Below, piece after piece: positions 1 to 6,896 of a stretch of DNA of 31,159 nucleotides. The DNA comes from an uncultured Acidimicrobiales bacterium (lineage in GTDB: Bacteria; Actinomycetota; Acidimicrobiia; Acidimicrobiales; SHLQ01), in contig CAZSYL010000005.1 of assembly GCA_964610745.1 (NCBI GenBank), positions 1 to 31,159 of the forward strand. Reading direction: 5' to 3'. The notes beneath the pieces were generated by a model that was given only the letters and a program-made list of their open reading frames with translations, was not told where the DNA came from and did no database searches. Position numbers and translations under genes: made by a program. The stretch's first letter is position 1. Each line of letters opens with the position of its first letter.

Positions 1-1
1 A

Positions 2-92
2 ACCGGCCTAGCCAGACCAAACGGCGCGGAAAACACCGCACACCCGCACACACCAACGCCACCGGCCTAGCCAGACCAAACGGCGCGGAAAA
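2..92. repeat. Perfect 32-bp direct repeat (accggcctagccagaccaaacggcgcggaaaa) present twice (2..33 and 61..92), separated by a CA-rich 27-bp spacer, immediately 3' of the GDPD gene stop; touches the window edge
   Basis: Identical 32-mers read directly from the sequence at 2..33 and 61..92; spacer 34..60 is caccgcacacccgcacacaccaacgcc. Confidence 0.8.
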
Positions 93-93
93 T

Positions 94-774
94 TCAGCTC
101 AGGGCTTGAACAGCGACGTCGGGGACGTTCGTGATGATTCCGCCTACGCCCATCTTCACGAGTTCGACCATGCGCTCGGGGTCGTCGACCGTCCAGACAT
201 TGACATCGAGGTCGGCTTCAGTAGCGGCTTCAATCCAGCGCGGCGTGACTAGTGCATCCCAGGGGTTGATCGCTCCATGGGAGTGAGCGGTCACTCGACC
301 GATCGAGACCTCGGGACCAGTGTCGTCCATTGTGATGAACGCCGTCGGCAGGTGTGGATCAAGGTCTCGAACAGCGTTCACGGCGCCCATATCGAACGAA
401 CTGATGAGGATCTTCTCTGTTGCAAGGTGCTCCCGCGCTGTTCTAATGACGCCGGGGACCATCGTGTGCTCGGGGTCGAAGCTGTCGAGTGCGGGGTCGT
501 TTTTGATCTCGATGTTGACGCCCAGGTCCCCGCACACCGCCAATGCTTCGGCGAGGCTGGGAACGAAATCAGGAAGGTCGGAGAACGCAACATCCTTGAG
601 CCACGTGCCATCCTCTAGCTCCTCGTCGTGGAACACCGCGAGCTGGCCATCGGCGGTTTGTTGTACGTCGAGTTCGACCCAGTCAGCGCCGAGGTCGGCC
701 GCACCGGTGAAGGCTTCGAGTGTGTTCTCTGTGAAAGCTGCCGAGGCACCGCGGTGGCCGATAATTCGCGTCAT
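94..774 (-). CDS. Glycerophosphodiester phosphodiesterase (GDPD/UgpQ family)
   Basis: ORF 94..816(-) contains the N-terminal GDPD signature IIGHRGASAAFTENTLEAF...GADWVELDVQQTADGQLAVFHD. ATG at 774 gives the typical MTRIIGHRG start; an alternative TTG start at 816 would add 14 aa. Confidence 0.8.
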   Translation of the reverse strand: MTRIIGHRGASAAFTENTLEAFTGAADLGADWVELDVQQTADGQLAVFHDEELEDGTWLKDVAFSDLPDFVPSLAEALAVCGDLGVNIEIKNDPALDSFDPEHTMVPGVIRTAREHLATEKILISSFDMGAVNAVRDLDPHLPTAFITMDDTGPEVSIGRVTAHSHGAINPWDALVTPRWIEAATEADLDVNVWTVDDPERMVELVKMGVGGIITNVPDVAVQALS

Positions 775-838
775 GGATCGATGGTACCGATTTGGCTTGG
801 GCGATGTGTGAGACAACGGACCCAGCCCGAGTTAGACA

Positions 839-926
839 GGCGTCACAGCCTGCGCAATTCCGCGTCACAGCCTGCGGAGTATCGCGTCACAGCCTGTGGA
901 GTATCGCGTCACAGCCTGTCTTTTGG
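839..926. promoter_or_regulatory. Four phased copies of motif GCGTCACAGCCTG at 22-bp spacing (units starting about 839, 861, 883, 905) in the divergent GDPD/whiB intergenic region; candidate transcription-factor binding array
   Basis: ggcgtcacagcctgcgcaattc / cgcgtcacagcctgcggagtat / cgcgtcacagcctgtggagtat / cgcgtcacagcctgtcttttgg; copies 2 and 3 are near-perfect 22-mers. Confidence 0.45.
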
Positions 927-1089
927 GTCGAGTTTTCGGACCCGCAAATTACACCGATGTAACACTAAAAGTAGGGATCTCACTACAAAGAGCGAGGAAA
1001 TGCTTGCTACGCAAAGTGCACGGATATACATTCTGCGTAGCGAGTTACGTTCTGGGCATGTTGGGCGGCATGGGCATGGGACTAATTCG

Positions 1090-1431
1090 ATGCGTGGAGG
1101 AAACGTGTCACTTTCAATTGAAGATCCAGCGGTATTCCCAACTCGGGAGTCCATCGAGCCAAAGGTGTGGCGCAGTGATGCGGCATGTCGAGATACCGAT
1201 CCAGATCTCTTCTTCCCGGTTGGACAAACCGGCCCGGCAATCGAGCACATCGAGAACGCCAAGGCCGTTTGTCAGACGTGTGTCGTCAAGATTGAGTGTC
1301 TTGAATACGCGCTGATGACCAACCAGGACGCAGGCATCTGGGGCGGACTCACCGAAGACGACCGTCGCAAGATCCGTCGTGAGCGCCGCAAGGCCAACCG
1401 AGCAGCCCAGGCTGCTGCTCAGCAGAAGTAA
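1090..1431 (+). CDS. whiB: WhiB-family (Wbl) Fe-S transcription factor, WhiB1/WhiB2-like
   Basis: The C-terminal 113 aa of ORF 628..1431 hold four Cys in the WhiB arrangement (AACRDTDPDLFFP...AKAVCQTCVVKIECLEYAL) and the GIWGGLTEDDRRKIRR DNA-binding tail. ATG 1090 (MRGGNVSLSIEDP) or GTG 1105 are plausible starts; the upstream 460 nt of the ORF look non-coding. Confidence 0.85.
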   Translation: MRGGNVSLSIEDPAVFPTRESIEPKVWRSDAACRDTDPDLFFPVGQTGPAIEHIENAKAVCQTCVVKIECLEYALMTNQDAGIWGGLTEDDRRKIRRERRKANRAAQAAAQQK

Positions 1432-1466
1432 CGAGGTTCAACCGGCTTGCCGGGCTGAATCTAATC

Positions 1467-2315
1467 TCAGAAATCGAGTCGAAGCGCCAGGTCATAGACC
1501 TGGCGCTTCTTCGCGCCCGTCATCGCCACGACCGTTTCGACGGCATCGCGTCGACTCGCTCCCCCGTCGGCCTCGCGCTGCAACGCCTCCAACAACGAGT
1601 CGTCCGTCGAGGCAACAGGCGCTGACCCATCGATAACAACAACGAACTCACCGCGCGGTTCTCGATCTTCGTAAAGCACAACGGCTTCGGCTAGCGAACC
1701 CCGCCACACTTCTTCGTAGGTCTTGGTCAGCTCTCGGGCGAGCACGACACGCCGCTCTCCATCGAGAACAGCGGCAAGATCGGTCAGGGTGCGCACCAGG
1801 CGATGAGGCGCCTCGAAGAGCACCACCGTGCGAGACTCGTTCGCCAGTTCCGAGAGACGCGTCGACCGCTCAGCGCCTTTTCTTGGGAGAAACCCATCGA
1901 AACAGAACCGACCGGTGGCCAACCCACTCACGAGTAATCCGGCAAGCGCCGCACTCGATCCGGGAATTGCCTCAACCCGGTACCCAGCTTCGATGACCGC
2001 CTCAACAGCACGCTGGCCGGGATCCGAAACCGCTGGCGTCCCTGCGTCCGACACGAGTGCAACCACTTCGCCGCGGCCGATACGAGCCACGATTTCGGCG
2101 GCCGCAGCCGCTTCGGTGTGCTCGTTGCAGACGATGAACGGGTCATGGGCAATGCCGAAGTGGGAAAACAACGCACCCGTGCGGCGCGTGTCTTCGACGG
2201 CAACCGAGTCCGCATTTGTGAGGACGTCGATCGCCCGGGGCGACATGTCACCCATGTTCCCAATCGGGGTTGCGACCAGCAAGAGCCCCGGCTCTCGGCG
2301 AGAGCGATCTGTCAC
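1467..2315 (-). CDS. rsmI: 16S rRNA (cytidine1402-2'-O)-methyltransferase RsmI
   Basis: LLLVATPIGNMGDMSPRAIDVLTNADSVAVEDTRRT...SDAGTPAVSDPG...ELTKTYEE is the RsmI/tetrapyrrole-methylase-like signature. The likely start is GTG at 2315, which overlaps the TGA stop of the upstream DUF192 gene (GTGA) and gives about 282 aa; the six-frame ORF extends to 2411. Confidence 0.8.
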   Translation of the reverse strand: MTDRSRREPGLLLVATPIGNMGDMSPRAIDVLTNADSVAVEDTRRTGALFSHFGIAHDPFIVCNEHTEAAAAAEIVARIGRGEVVALVSDAGTPAVSDPGQRAVEAVIEAGYRVEAIPGSSAALAGLLVSGLATGRFCFDGFLPRKGAERSTRLSELANESRTVVLFEAPHRLVRTLTDLAAVLDGERRVVLARELTKTYEEVWRGSLAEAVVLYEDREPRGEFVVVIDGSAPVASTDDSLLEALQREADGGASRRDAVETVVAMTGAKKRQVYDLALRLDF

Positions 2316-2662
2316 GCGATCGGGCTGGTTGATTCGCCGAGAATCTCCAGCTGAGCACCAGGTTCGATCTGCCAGTGTCTGAATCGGCCAGCGGTGGTCT
2401 CGATCGCGCACTTCGCACCGAACTCCACCTTCGAGACCCGGTGTTGCGGCATCGTGACGATTCGAAGCACCTTCATCTCGTCATCGCAGAAGGCCACATC
2501 GATCGGGAACCGCATGCCAATGGTGTGCACACTGCGGGTCTTATCAAGAAGGAGCGCTCCGTCGATTCTGTCTCGTCCGAGGAGACCCTTTGTTCGGGAA
2601 CGAACCGAGTCTGCCCGCTCCACCGACGCGAGAACCGTCCCTTCGTGAACCAGCCATGCCAT
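2312..2662 (-). CDS. DUF192 (COG1430) family protein
   Basis: MAWLVHEGTVLASVERADSVRSRTKGLLGRDRIDGALLLDKTRSVHTIGMRFPIDVAFCDDEMKVLRIV matches the DUF192 pattern (GLMGR ... HTxGMxFPIDVxFlD). ATG at 2662 is preferred over the ORF-track start at 2728 (GTG). Confidence 0.7.
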   Translation of the reverse strand: MAWLVHEGTVLASVERADSVRSRTKGLLGRDRIDGALLLDKTRSVHTIGMRFPIDVAFCDDEMKVLRIVTMPQHRVSKVEFGAKCAIETTAGRFRHWQIEPGAQLEILGESTSPIA

Positions 2663-2731
2663 AGCGGCGAGCTTAGGACTTGGACTGGTCAGAGAACGAA
2701 TGGAGCGACCGCCGGTAGGCTCGTGCACCGT

Positions 2732-3805
2732 ATGGAACGATTTGGATTCGTCGGACTTCCTAACGCAGGAAAGTCATCACTATTCAACGCACTCGCTGGC
2801 GGTGGCGCGCTCGCTGCCCCTTACGCGTTTGCCACCACCGACCCCAACGTTGGTGTGGCAAAGGTATTCGACGAGCGGGTCGATGCGCTCTCTGAAATGT
2901 CGGGGTCTCAGAAGCTCATCCATGCCAGTGTGCAGTTCAACGACATCGGTGGCCTCGTAGAGGGAGCAAGCCAGGGCGAAGGTCTGGGCAACAAGTTCCT
3001 CGCCGGAATCCGCGAGGTCGATGCCATCGTGTTTGTGCTTCGAGCGTTCCCCGACGACGACGTCCCCGGTCCAACCGATCCGCTCGAGCATTTGGGTGTC
3101 GTCGAAACCGAACTCGCGCTTGCCGACCTCGACACAGCCGAGAAGCAGCTCGAGAAGGTCGGACGCGCGGCCAGGGTCGACAAGTCCAAGGAGGGCGAGA
3201 CCGCCCTTCTCGAAAAGGTCGTCGAGCTGCTCAGCGATGGCACTCCGCTCTACAAGAGCGCGCTGACCGACGACGAGCGACTCGAACTGAAGCCCTTTTT
3301 CTTCCTGACCAACAAGCCTGTCCTCGCGGTCGTGAACATCGGCGAAGATCAACTCGAAGACGGCGAAGCGCTCGCCGCACCCGTCAGCGAAGCACTCGGT
3401 GGTGCCGAGGTCGTCGCGACGTGTGTCCAGCTCGAAGCCGAGGCGGCACAGCTCGACGACGACGAGCGTGCCGAAATGCTCGAAGGCCTCGGACTGGGCG
3501 AAGGTGCCATGCCTCGATTCATCCGCGCTGCCTACGAACTGATGGGCCTTCGCACGTACCTCACGACCGGCGAGAAGGAAACACGAGCTTGGACGTTCCG
3601 TGCAGGCTCGACGGCACCTCAAGCAGCGGGCGTTATCCACACCGATTTCGAACGAGGCTTCATCCGGGCTGAGACAATCAATTGGAAAGAGCTTGTCGAT
3701 GCGGGTTCGTGGGCAGCTGCTCGTGACAAGGGCCTGGTGCGTTCGGAAGGCAAGGACTACATCGTTGAGGATGGCGACGTGATGGAGTTCCGTTTCAACG
3801 TCTGA
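2732..3805 (+). CDS. ychF: Ribosome-binding ATPase YchF (Obg-family GTPase/ATPase)
   Basis: MERFGFVGLPNAGKSSLFNALAGG (P-loop), then DIGGLVEGASQGEGLGNKFL and a C-terminal TGS domain ending DGDVMEFRFNV; 357 aa from ATG 2732. The upstream part of ORF 2375..3805 overlaps the DUF192 gene and is not coding. Confidence 0.9.
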   Translation: MERFGFVGLPNAGKSSLFNALAGGGALAAPYAFATTDPNVGVAKVFDERVDALSEMSGSQKLIHASVQFNDIGGLVEGASQGEGLGNKFLAGIREVDAIVFVLRAFPDDDVPGPTDPLEHLGVVETELALADLDTAEKQLEKVGRAARVDKSKEGETALLEKVVELLSDGTPLYKSALTDDERLELKPFFFLTNKPVLAVVNIGEDQLEDGEALAAPVSEALGGAEVVATCVQLEAEAAQLDDDERAEMLEGLGLGEGAMPRFIRAAYELMGLRTYLTTGEKETRAWTFRAGSTAPQAAGVIHTDFERGFIRAETINWKELVDAGSWAAARDKGLVRSEGKDYIVEDGDVMEFRFNV

Positions 3806-3819
3806 ACTACGCTGTCGCA

Positions 3820-4833
3820 ATGGCTGAAGCCACGAAAGCCACCGAGGCTCTCAACCGGGCGATCTACTACCTCGACCGGCAGTTCGCGCCCAGGGAGAAG
3901 GTGCGGGCCTTCAAGAATGCCCGCGACGCAATCATCGAAATCGGTCCAGACGAAACTGCGCGTCGAGTCGAAGCGGGAACCATCACGGAGCTCACCGGCA
4001 TAGGTAAGTCCACAGCAGCGGTCATTACTCAGGCCATAGCTGGTGTCGACGACGGGTACCTGCACAAGCTCGACGTTGCGTCTGCGGTCCCCCTCGGTGC
4101 AGGAGCAGAATTGCGCGACAGCTTGAGAGGCGACTGCCATATGCACAGCGTTTGGTCAGATGGCGGCGCCCCGCTAGAAGAGATGGCACGGACCGCTCGA
4201 GAACTGGGTCATGACTATGTCGTCGCGACGGACCATTCGGCTCGACTGACGATCGCGCACGGTCTGAGCGAGGAACGGCTAGAGGCCCAACTCGAACTCC
4301 TCGACGATCTCAACCGCGAGATGACTCCGTTCCGAGTGTTGTCCGGTATGGAGGTCGACATCTTTGAAGACGGCTCACTCGATTTGTCAGACGACATGCT
4401 CGGGCGCCTAGATGTCGTGGTTGCCTCAGTCCATTCCAAGCTTGATCTCGACTCTGAGCTGATGACCCGACGCCTCGTGACCGCAGTCGCCAATCCCCAC
4501 GTCGACATTCTTGGCCACATGACCAACCGCCGCCTCAATGCCTCTGGTCGACCCCCGTCGAAGTTCAACGCCGAAGTCGTTTTCGCGGCATGTAAACAAT
4601 TCAACACCGCAGTCGAAATCAACTGTCGACCCGAGCGCCAAGACCCACCGGAGGAGCTGCTCGAGTTGGCTGTCGAATGGGACTGCTATATCTCGATCGA
4701 CACCGATGCTCACGCTCCCGGACAGCTGGAGTGGCAGGCTTATGGTTGTGACAAGGCAGTCCGCTGCGGAGTCAACCCCGACCGAATCATCAATACCTGG
4801 TCAGCCGACGAACTTCTCGCCTGGACGAACTAA
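3820..4833 (+). CDS. PHP-domain phosphoesterase with N-terminal helix-hairpin-helix (PolX C-terminal-like, no polymerase domain)
   Basis: HhH motif ITELTGIGKSTAAVI; PHP metal-binding motifs GDCHMHSVWSDG, VATDH, GHMTNRRL, SIDTDAH; starts 15 nt after the ychF stop. Confidence 0.8.
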   Translation: MAEATKATEALNRAIYYLDRQFAPREKVRAFKNARDAIIEIGPDETARRVEAGTITELTGIGKSTAAVITQAIAGVDDGYLHKLDVASAVPLGAGAELRDSLRGDCHMHSVWSDGGAPLEEMARTARELGHDYVVATDHSARLTIAHGLSEERLEAQLELLDDLNREMTPFRVLSGMEVDIFEDGSLDLSDDMLGRLDVVVASVHSKLDLDSELMTRRLVTAVANPHVDILGHMTNRRLNASGRPPSKFNAEVVFAACKQFNTAVEINCRPERQDPPEELLELAVEWDCYISIDTDAHAPGQLEWQAYGCDKAVRCGVNPDRIINTWSADELLAWTN

Positions 4834-4917
4834 GACCACGAGCTCGGGTATTTCCCAAAGTCCAAGTCCCAAATTACCTATATCGATCTACGGAACGGCA
4901 GCTGTACTATAAAGGGT

Positions 4918-4962
4918 GTAGACGCTACAGGGATCCCGCCCCCTGTAGCGTCTGCCCTTTTT
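4918..4962 (+). terminator. Intrinsic terminator after the PHP-domain gene
   Basis: Perfect 13-bp stem agacgctacaggg/ccctgtagcgtct (4920..4932 / 4941..4953) with 8-nt loop atcccgcc, followed by cccTTTTTgtgg. Confidence 0.7.
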
Positions 4963-5060
4963 GTGGCCATTGCCGGCACATAGCAACCCCGTTGGACGTG
5001 TGCGGGCCGCTCGATAGGAATTGCGCGACTTTCTGCTGATTTCGGCCGTCCTATATCCGT

Positions 5061-5104
5061 AAGCGCTGCAGGTAACCCGCCACCTGCAGCGTTTGCGTAT
5101 TTTT
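5061..5104 (+). terminator. Second terminator-like hairpin, a paralogue of the 4918..4962 hairpin, about 75 nt upstream of the bL37-like gene; possible leader/attenuator or sRNA terminator
   Basis: 13-bp stem aagcgctgcaggt/acctgcagcgttt (one G.U) with 8-nt loop aacccgcc, followed by gcgtaTTTTT; the stem is 9/13 identical to the upstream hairpin and the loop is almost the same. Confidence 0.5.
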
Positions 5105-5177
5105 CAGGCAGCTACACACAGGATTTGTGCAGCGTTGTCGCGCTGTTTTGTTGAGGAAGCGGGATAACCTCATCAGA

Positions 5178-5267
5178 ATGTCGAAGCGCACCCAGAAGAA
5201 AAAGTTGAAGGCTCGTCGCTCGAAGGCCAACCACGGTCGCAAGCCAAACATGGGCCGCAACAGCTAA
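5178..5267 (+). CDS. Small basic ribosomal protein, bL37-like (29 aa), not in the six-frame track
   Basis: Manual translation ATG 5178..TAA 5267 gives MSKRTQKKKLKARRSKANHGRKPNMGRNS. It is extremely basic, and its SKANHG(R/K)(K/R)PN core matches my recollection of the roughly 24-aa mycobacterial ribosomal protein bL37 (MAKRGRKKRDRKHSKANHGKRPNA). Confidence 0.5.
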   Translation: MSKRTQKKKLKARRSKANHGRKPNMGRNS

Positions 5268-5314
5268 CTCGAATGATTCCGGACACGATGGCTCCCTAGA
5301 TTGAGAGTGGTGCC

Positions 5315-5455
5315 GTGTCCATAGTTGGAGTCTTTGCTATTGGCCTGATGGTGATCGTTCTCGCGATCGCCATCTTTTCTTTGGTGGTTCTCGCCATCAT
5401 TCCAATTGGTCGTTACCTCGAAAAGCGCAATGAGCGGACCGAAAAGGACGACTAG
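5315..5455 (+). CDS. Hypothetical small single-pass membrane peptide (46 aa from GTG 5315; 35 aa if ATG 5348)
   Basis: Manual translation MSIVGVFAIGLMVIVLAIAIFSLVVLAIIPIGRYLEKRNERTEKDD*: one hydrophobic helix then a charged tail; gagag lies 8 nt upstream of the GTG. No family recognised. Confidence 0.25.
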   Translation: MSIVGVFAIGLMVIVLAIAIFSLVVLAIIPIGRYLEKRNERTEKDD

Positions 5456-5603
5456 AGCGCAATCGTGAACCTTCAGCCAACGTGACAGACGCGTGAATTT
5501 GGCTTCCCGAATGCGCAAGTAGCTGATCCTTGGCTAGCTTGTTGACCCAGATGAAGGCAGGCCAAGACCGGCTTGCCTGCGCCACAAGCCGGAGGGGCCC
5601 CAA

Positions 5604-6746
5604 ATGCGCAGAAACAAGAAACTCATCCTCGCGCTGATTGCAGTGCTGAGCCTGATCGCCGCCGCGTGCGGAAGCTCGGCCGACACTGCCACCGACGCCG
5701 GGAGCGATACCGACGCCGGGAGCGACACCGCTGAAGATGACGCGGTCGAGCCGACAGGTGAAACCGTTGGTCTCGTATATGACATTGGTGGCCGAGGCGA
5801 CCTCTCGTTCAACGACTCAGCAGCTGAAGGACTCGATCGTGCCGAGGCCGAACTCGGCTTTGGGTTCACCGACCTTTCCCCAAACGACGATGGGTCAAAC
5901 CGCGCCGAGCTGCTGCAGCTCTCCGCTGAAGCGAACCCAATCGTGATCGGCGTTGGGTTCCTCTTCGAGGCCGACGCCGCAGCGACCGCCGCAGAGAACC
6001 CGGACACCAACTTCGCGGTCGTCGATTCGTCGATGATCGATTTCAGCCAGGACCCTCCTGCGCCGTATGGTCCGAACGTTGCGGGCCTTGTATTTGCTGA
6101 AGAGCAGGGTTCCTACCTTGTGGGCGTTGCAGCTGCTCTCAAGTCCGAGTCAAACCAGCTCGGCTTCATCGGCGGTGTCAGCGGCATTGGTCTCATCGAG
6201 AAGTTCGAGGCTGGCTTCCGCGCCGGTGCACTCTCGGTCAACCCCGACATCGAGATCGTTGCGGAGTACATCACCGCAGCACCTGACTTCGATGGCTTCA
6301 ACCAGCCAGACCGCGCCCAGGTCATTGCAACCACCATGTACGAAGGTGGAGCCGACATCATCTACCACGCAGCTGGCGGTGCTGGCAACGGCATGTTCCA
6401 GGCAGCAGCAGACTTCACCGATGACAGCGGCAGCAAGGTATGGGGCATCGGCGTTGACTCCGATCAGTTCCAGACCGTCGGCGTCAATAACCCTGAGCTC
6501 CAGGAGTTCATCCTGACCTCGATGCTCAAGCGTGTCGACGTCGCAGTCTTTGAAATTCTTCAGGCTCAGCAGGACGGCGAGTTCGTCGCTGGTCCGACCA
6601 CCTACGACCTCTCGGTCGACGGTGTTGGCTACGCCACCTCCGGCGGATTCGTCGACGACATCATCGACGATATCGAGGCCGCCAAGGCAGCGATCATCGC
6701 TGGTGACGTCACCGTCCCAACGGATCCAACCGAGGTTGGTGGCTGA
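5604..6746 (+). CDS. BMP-family (PnrA/Med-like) ABC transporter substrate-binding lipoprotein, presumed nucleoside-binding
   Basis: Signal peptide with lipobox LIAAAC-G; BMP-family body (VGLVYDIGGRGDLSFND ... GFIGGVSGIGLIEKFEAGF ... KVWGIGVDSDQ); low-complexity TDAGSD linker after the lipidated Cys; SD ggagggg before the ATG. Confidence 0.85.
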   Translation: MRRNKKLILALIAVLSLIAAACGSSADTATDAGSDTDAGSDTAEDDAVEPTGETVGLVYDIGGRGDLSFNDSAAEGLDRAEAELGFGFTDLSPNDDGSNRAELLQLSAEANPIVIGVGFLFEADAAATAAENPDTNFAVVDSSMIDFSQDPPAPYGPNVAGLVFAEEQGSYLVGVAAALKSESNQLGFIGGVSGIGLIEKFEAGFRAGALSVNPDIEIVAEYITAAPDFDGFNQPDRAQVIATTMYEGGADIIYHAAGGAGNGMFQAAADFTDDSGSKVWGIGVDSDQFQTVGVNNPELQEFILTSMLKRVDVAVFEILQAQQDGEFVAGPTTYDLSVDGVGYATSGGFVDDIIDDIEAAKAAIIAGDVTVPTDPTEVGG

Positions 6747-6798
6747 TCCCATCGGATCCTCATCGCCGTCGAGTGTGACGGCTTAGTGAAGTACTTCC

Positions 6799-6870
6799 AG
6801 ACCGGACTCATCCCGCTTTCCTCCCTTTGGGCGGATCGGGTAGGGTCCGGTCTCGGTCGTTTTACGCGGA
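6799..6870 (+). promoter_or_regulatory. Intercistronic stem-loop with T-rich tail between the SBP gene and the ABC ATPase gene; candidate partial terminator or mRNA-stabilising hairpin
   Basis: agaccggac (6800..6808) pairs with gtccggtct (6846..6854) around a structured 37-nt loop, followed by cggtcgTTTTacgcgg. Confidence 0.35.
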
Positions 6871-6896
6871 GGTTTTGAAAGCGACATGACCAACCC

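Noticed and set aside
2-92. Possible CRISPR array from the 32-bp repeats
   Set aside because: Only two copies, with a 27-bp low-complexity spacer. There are no cas genes nearby and no further repeats in the window.
628-1089. Long N-terminal extension of the whiB ORF (the six-frame track gives 267 aa from 628)
   Set aside because: Only the last ~113 aa resemble WhiB. The upstream part overlaps the GDPD gene start and the repeat array, has no protein-like composition, and would make a WhiB of implausible size.
2375-2731. Upstream extension of the ychF ORF
   Set aside because: It overlaps DUF192 and rsmI on the opposite strand. YchF homology starts with the P-loop at MERFGFVGLPNAGKS.
4834-5177. 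tRNA or other structured RNA gene in the AT-richer island
   Set aside because: No T-loop (GTTCRANYC) or cloverleaf could be drawn; only the two terminator-type hairpins are evident.
5604-5740. Purine or 2'-dG riboswitch in front of the BMP transporter
   Set aside because: The about 150-nt upstream region lacks the conserved purine-riboswitch junction sequences; only a short hairpin (ccggcttg/caagccgg) overlaps the SD.
6150-6752. 200-aa antisense ORF inside the BMP lipoprotein gene
   Set aside because: Antisense to a strongly supported gene; the composition is typical of high-GC shadow ORFs.
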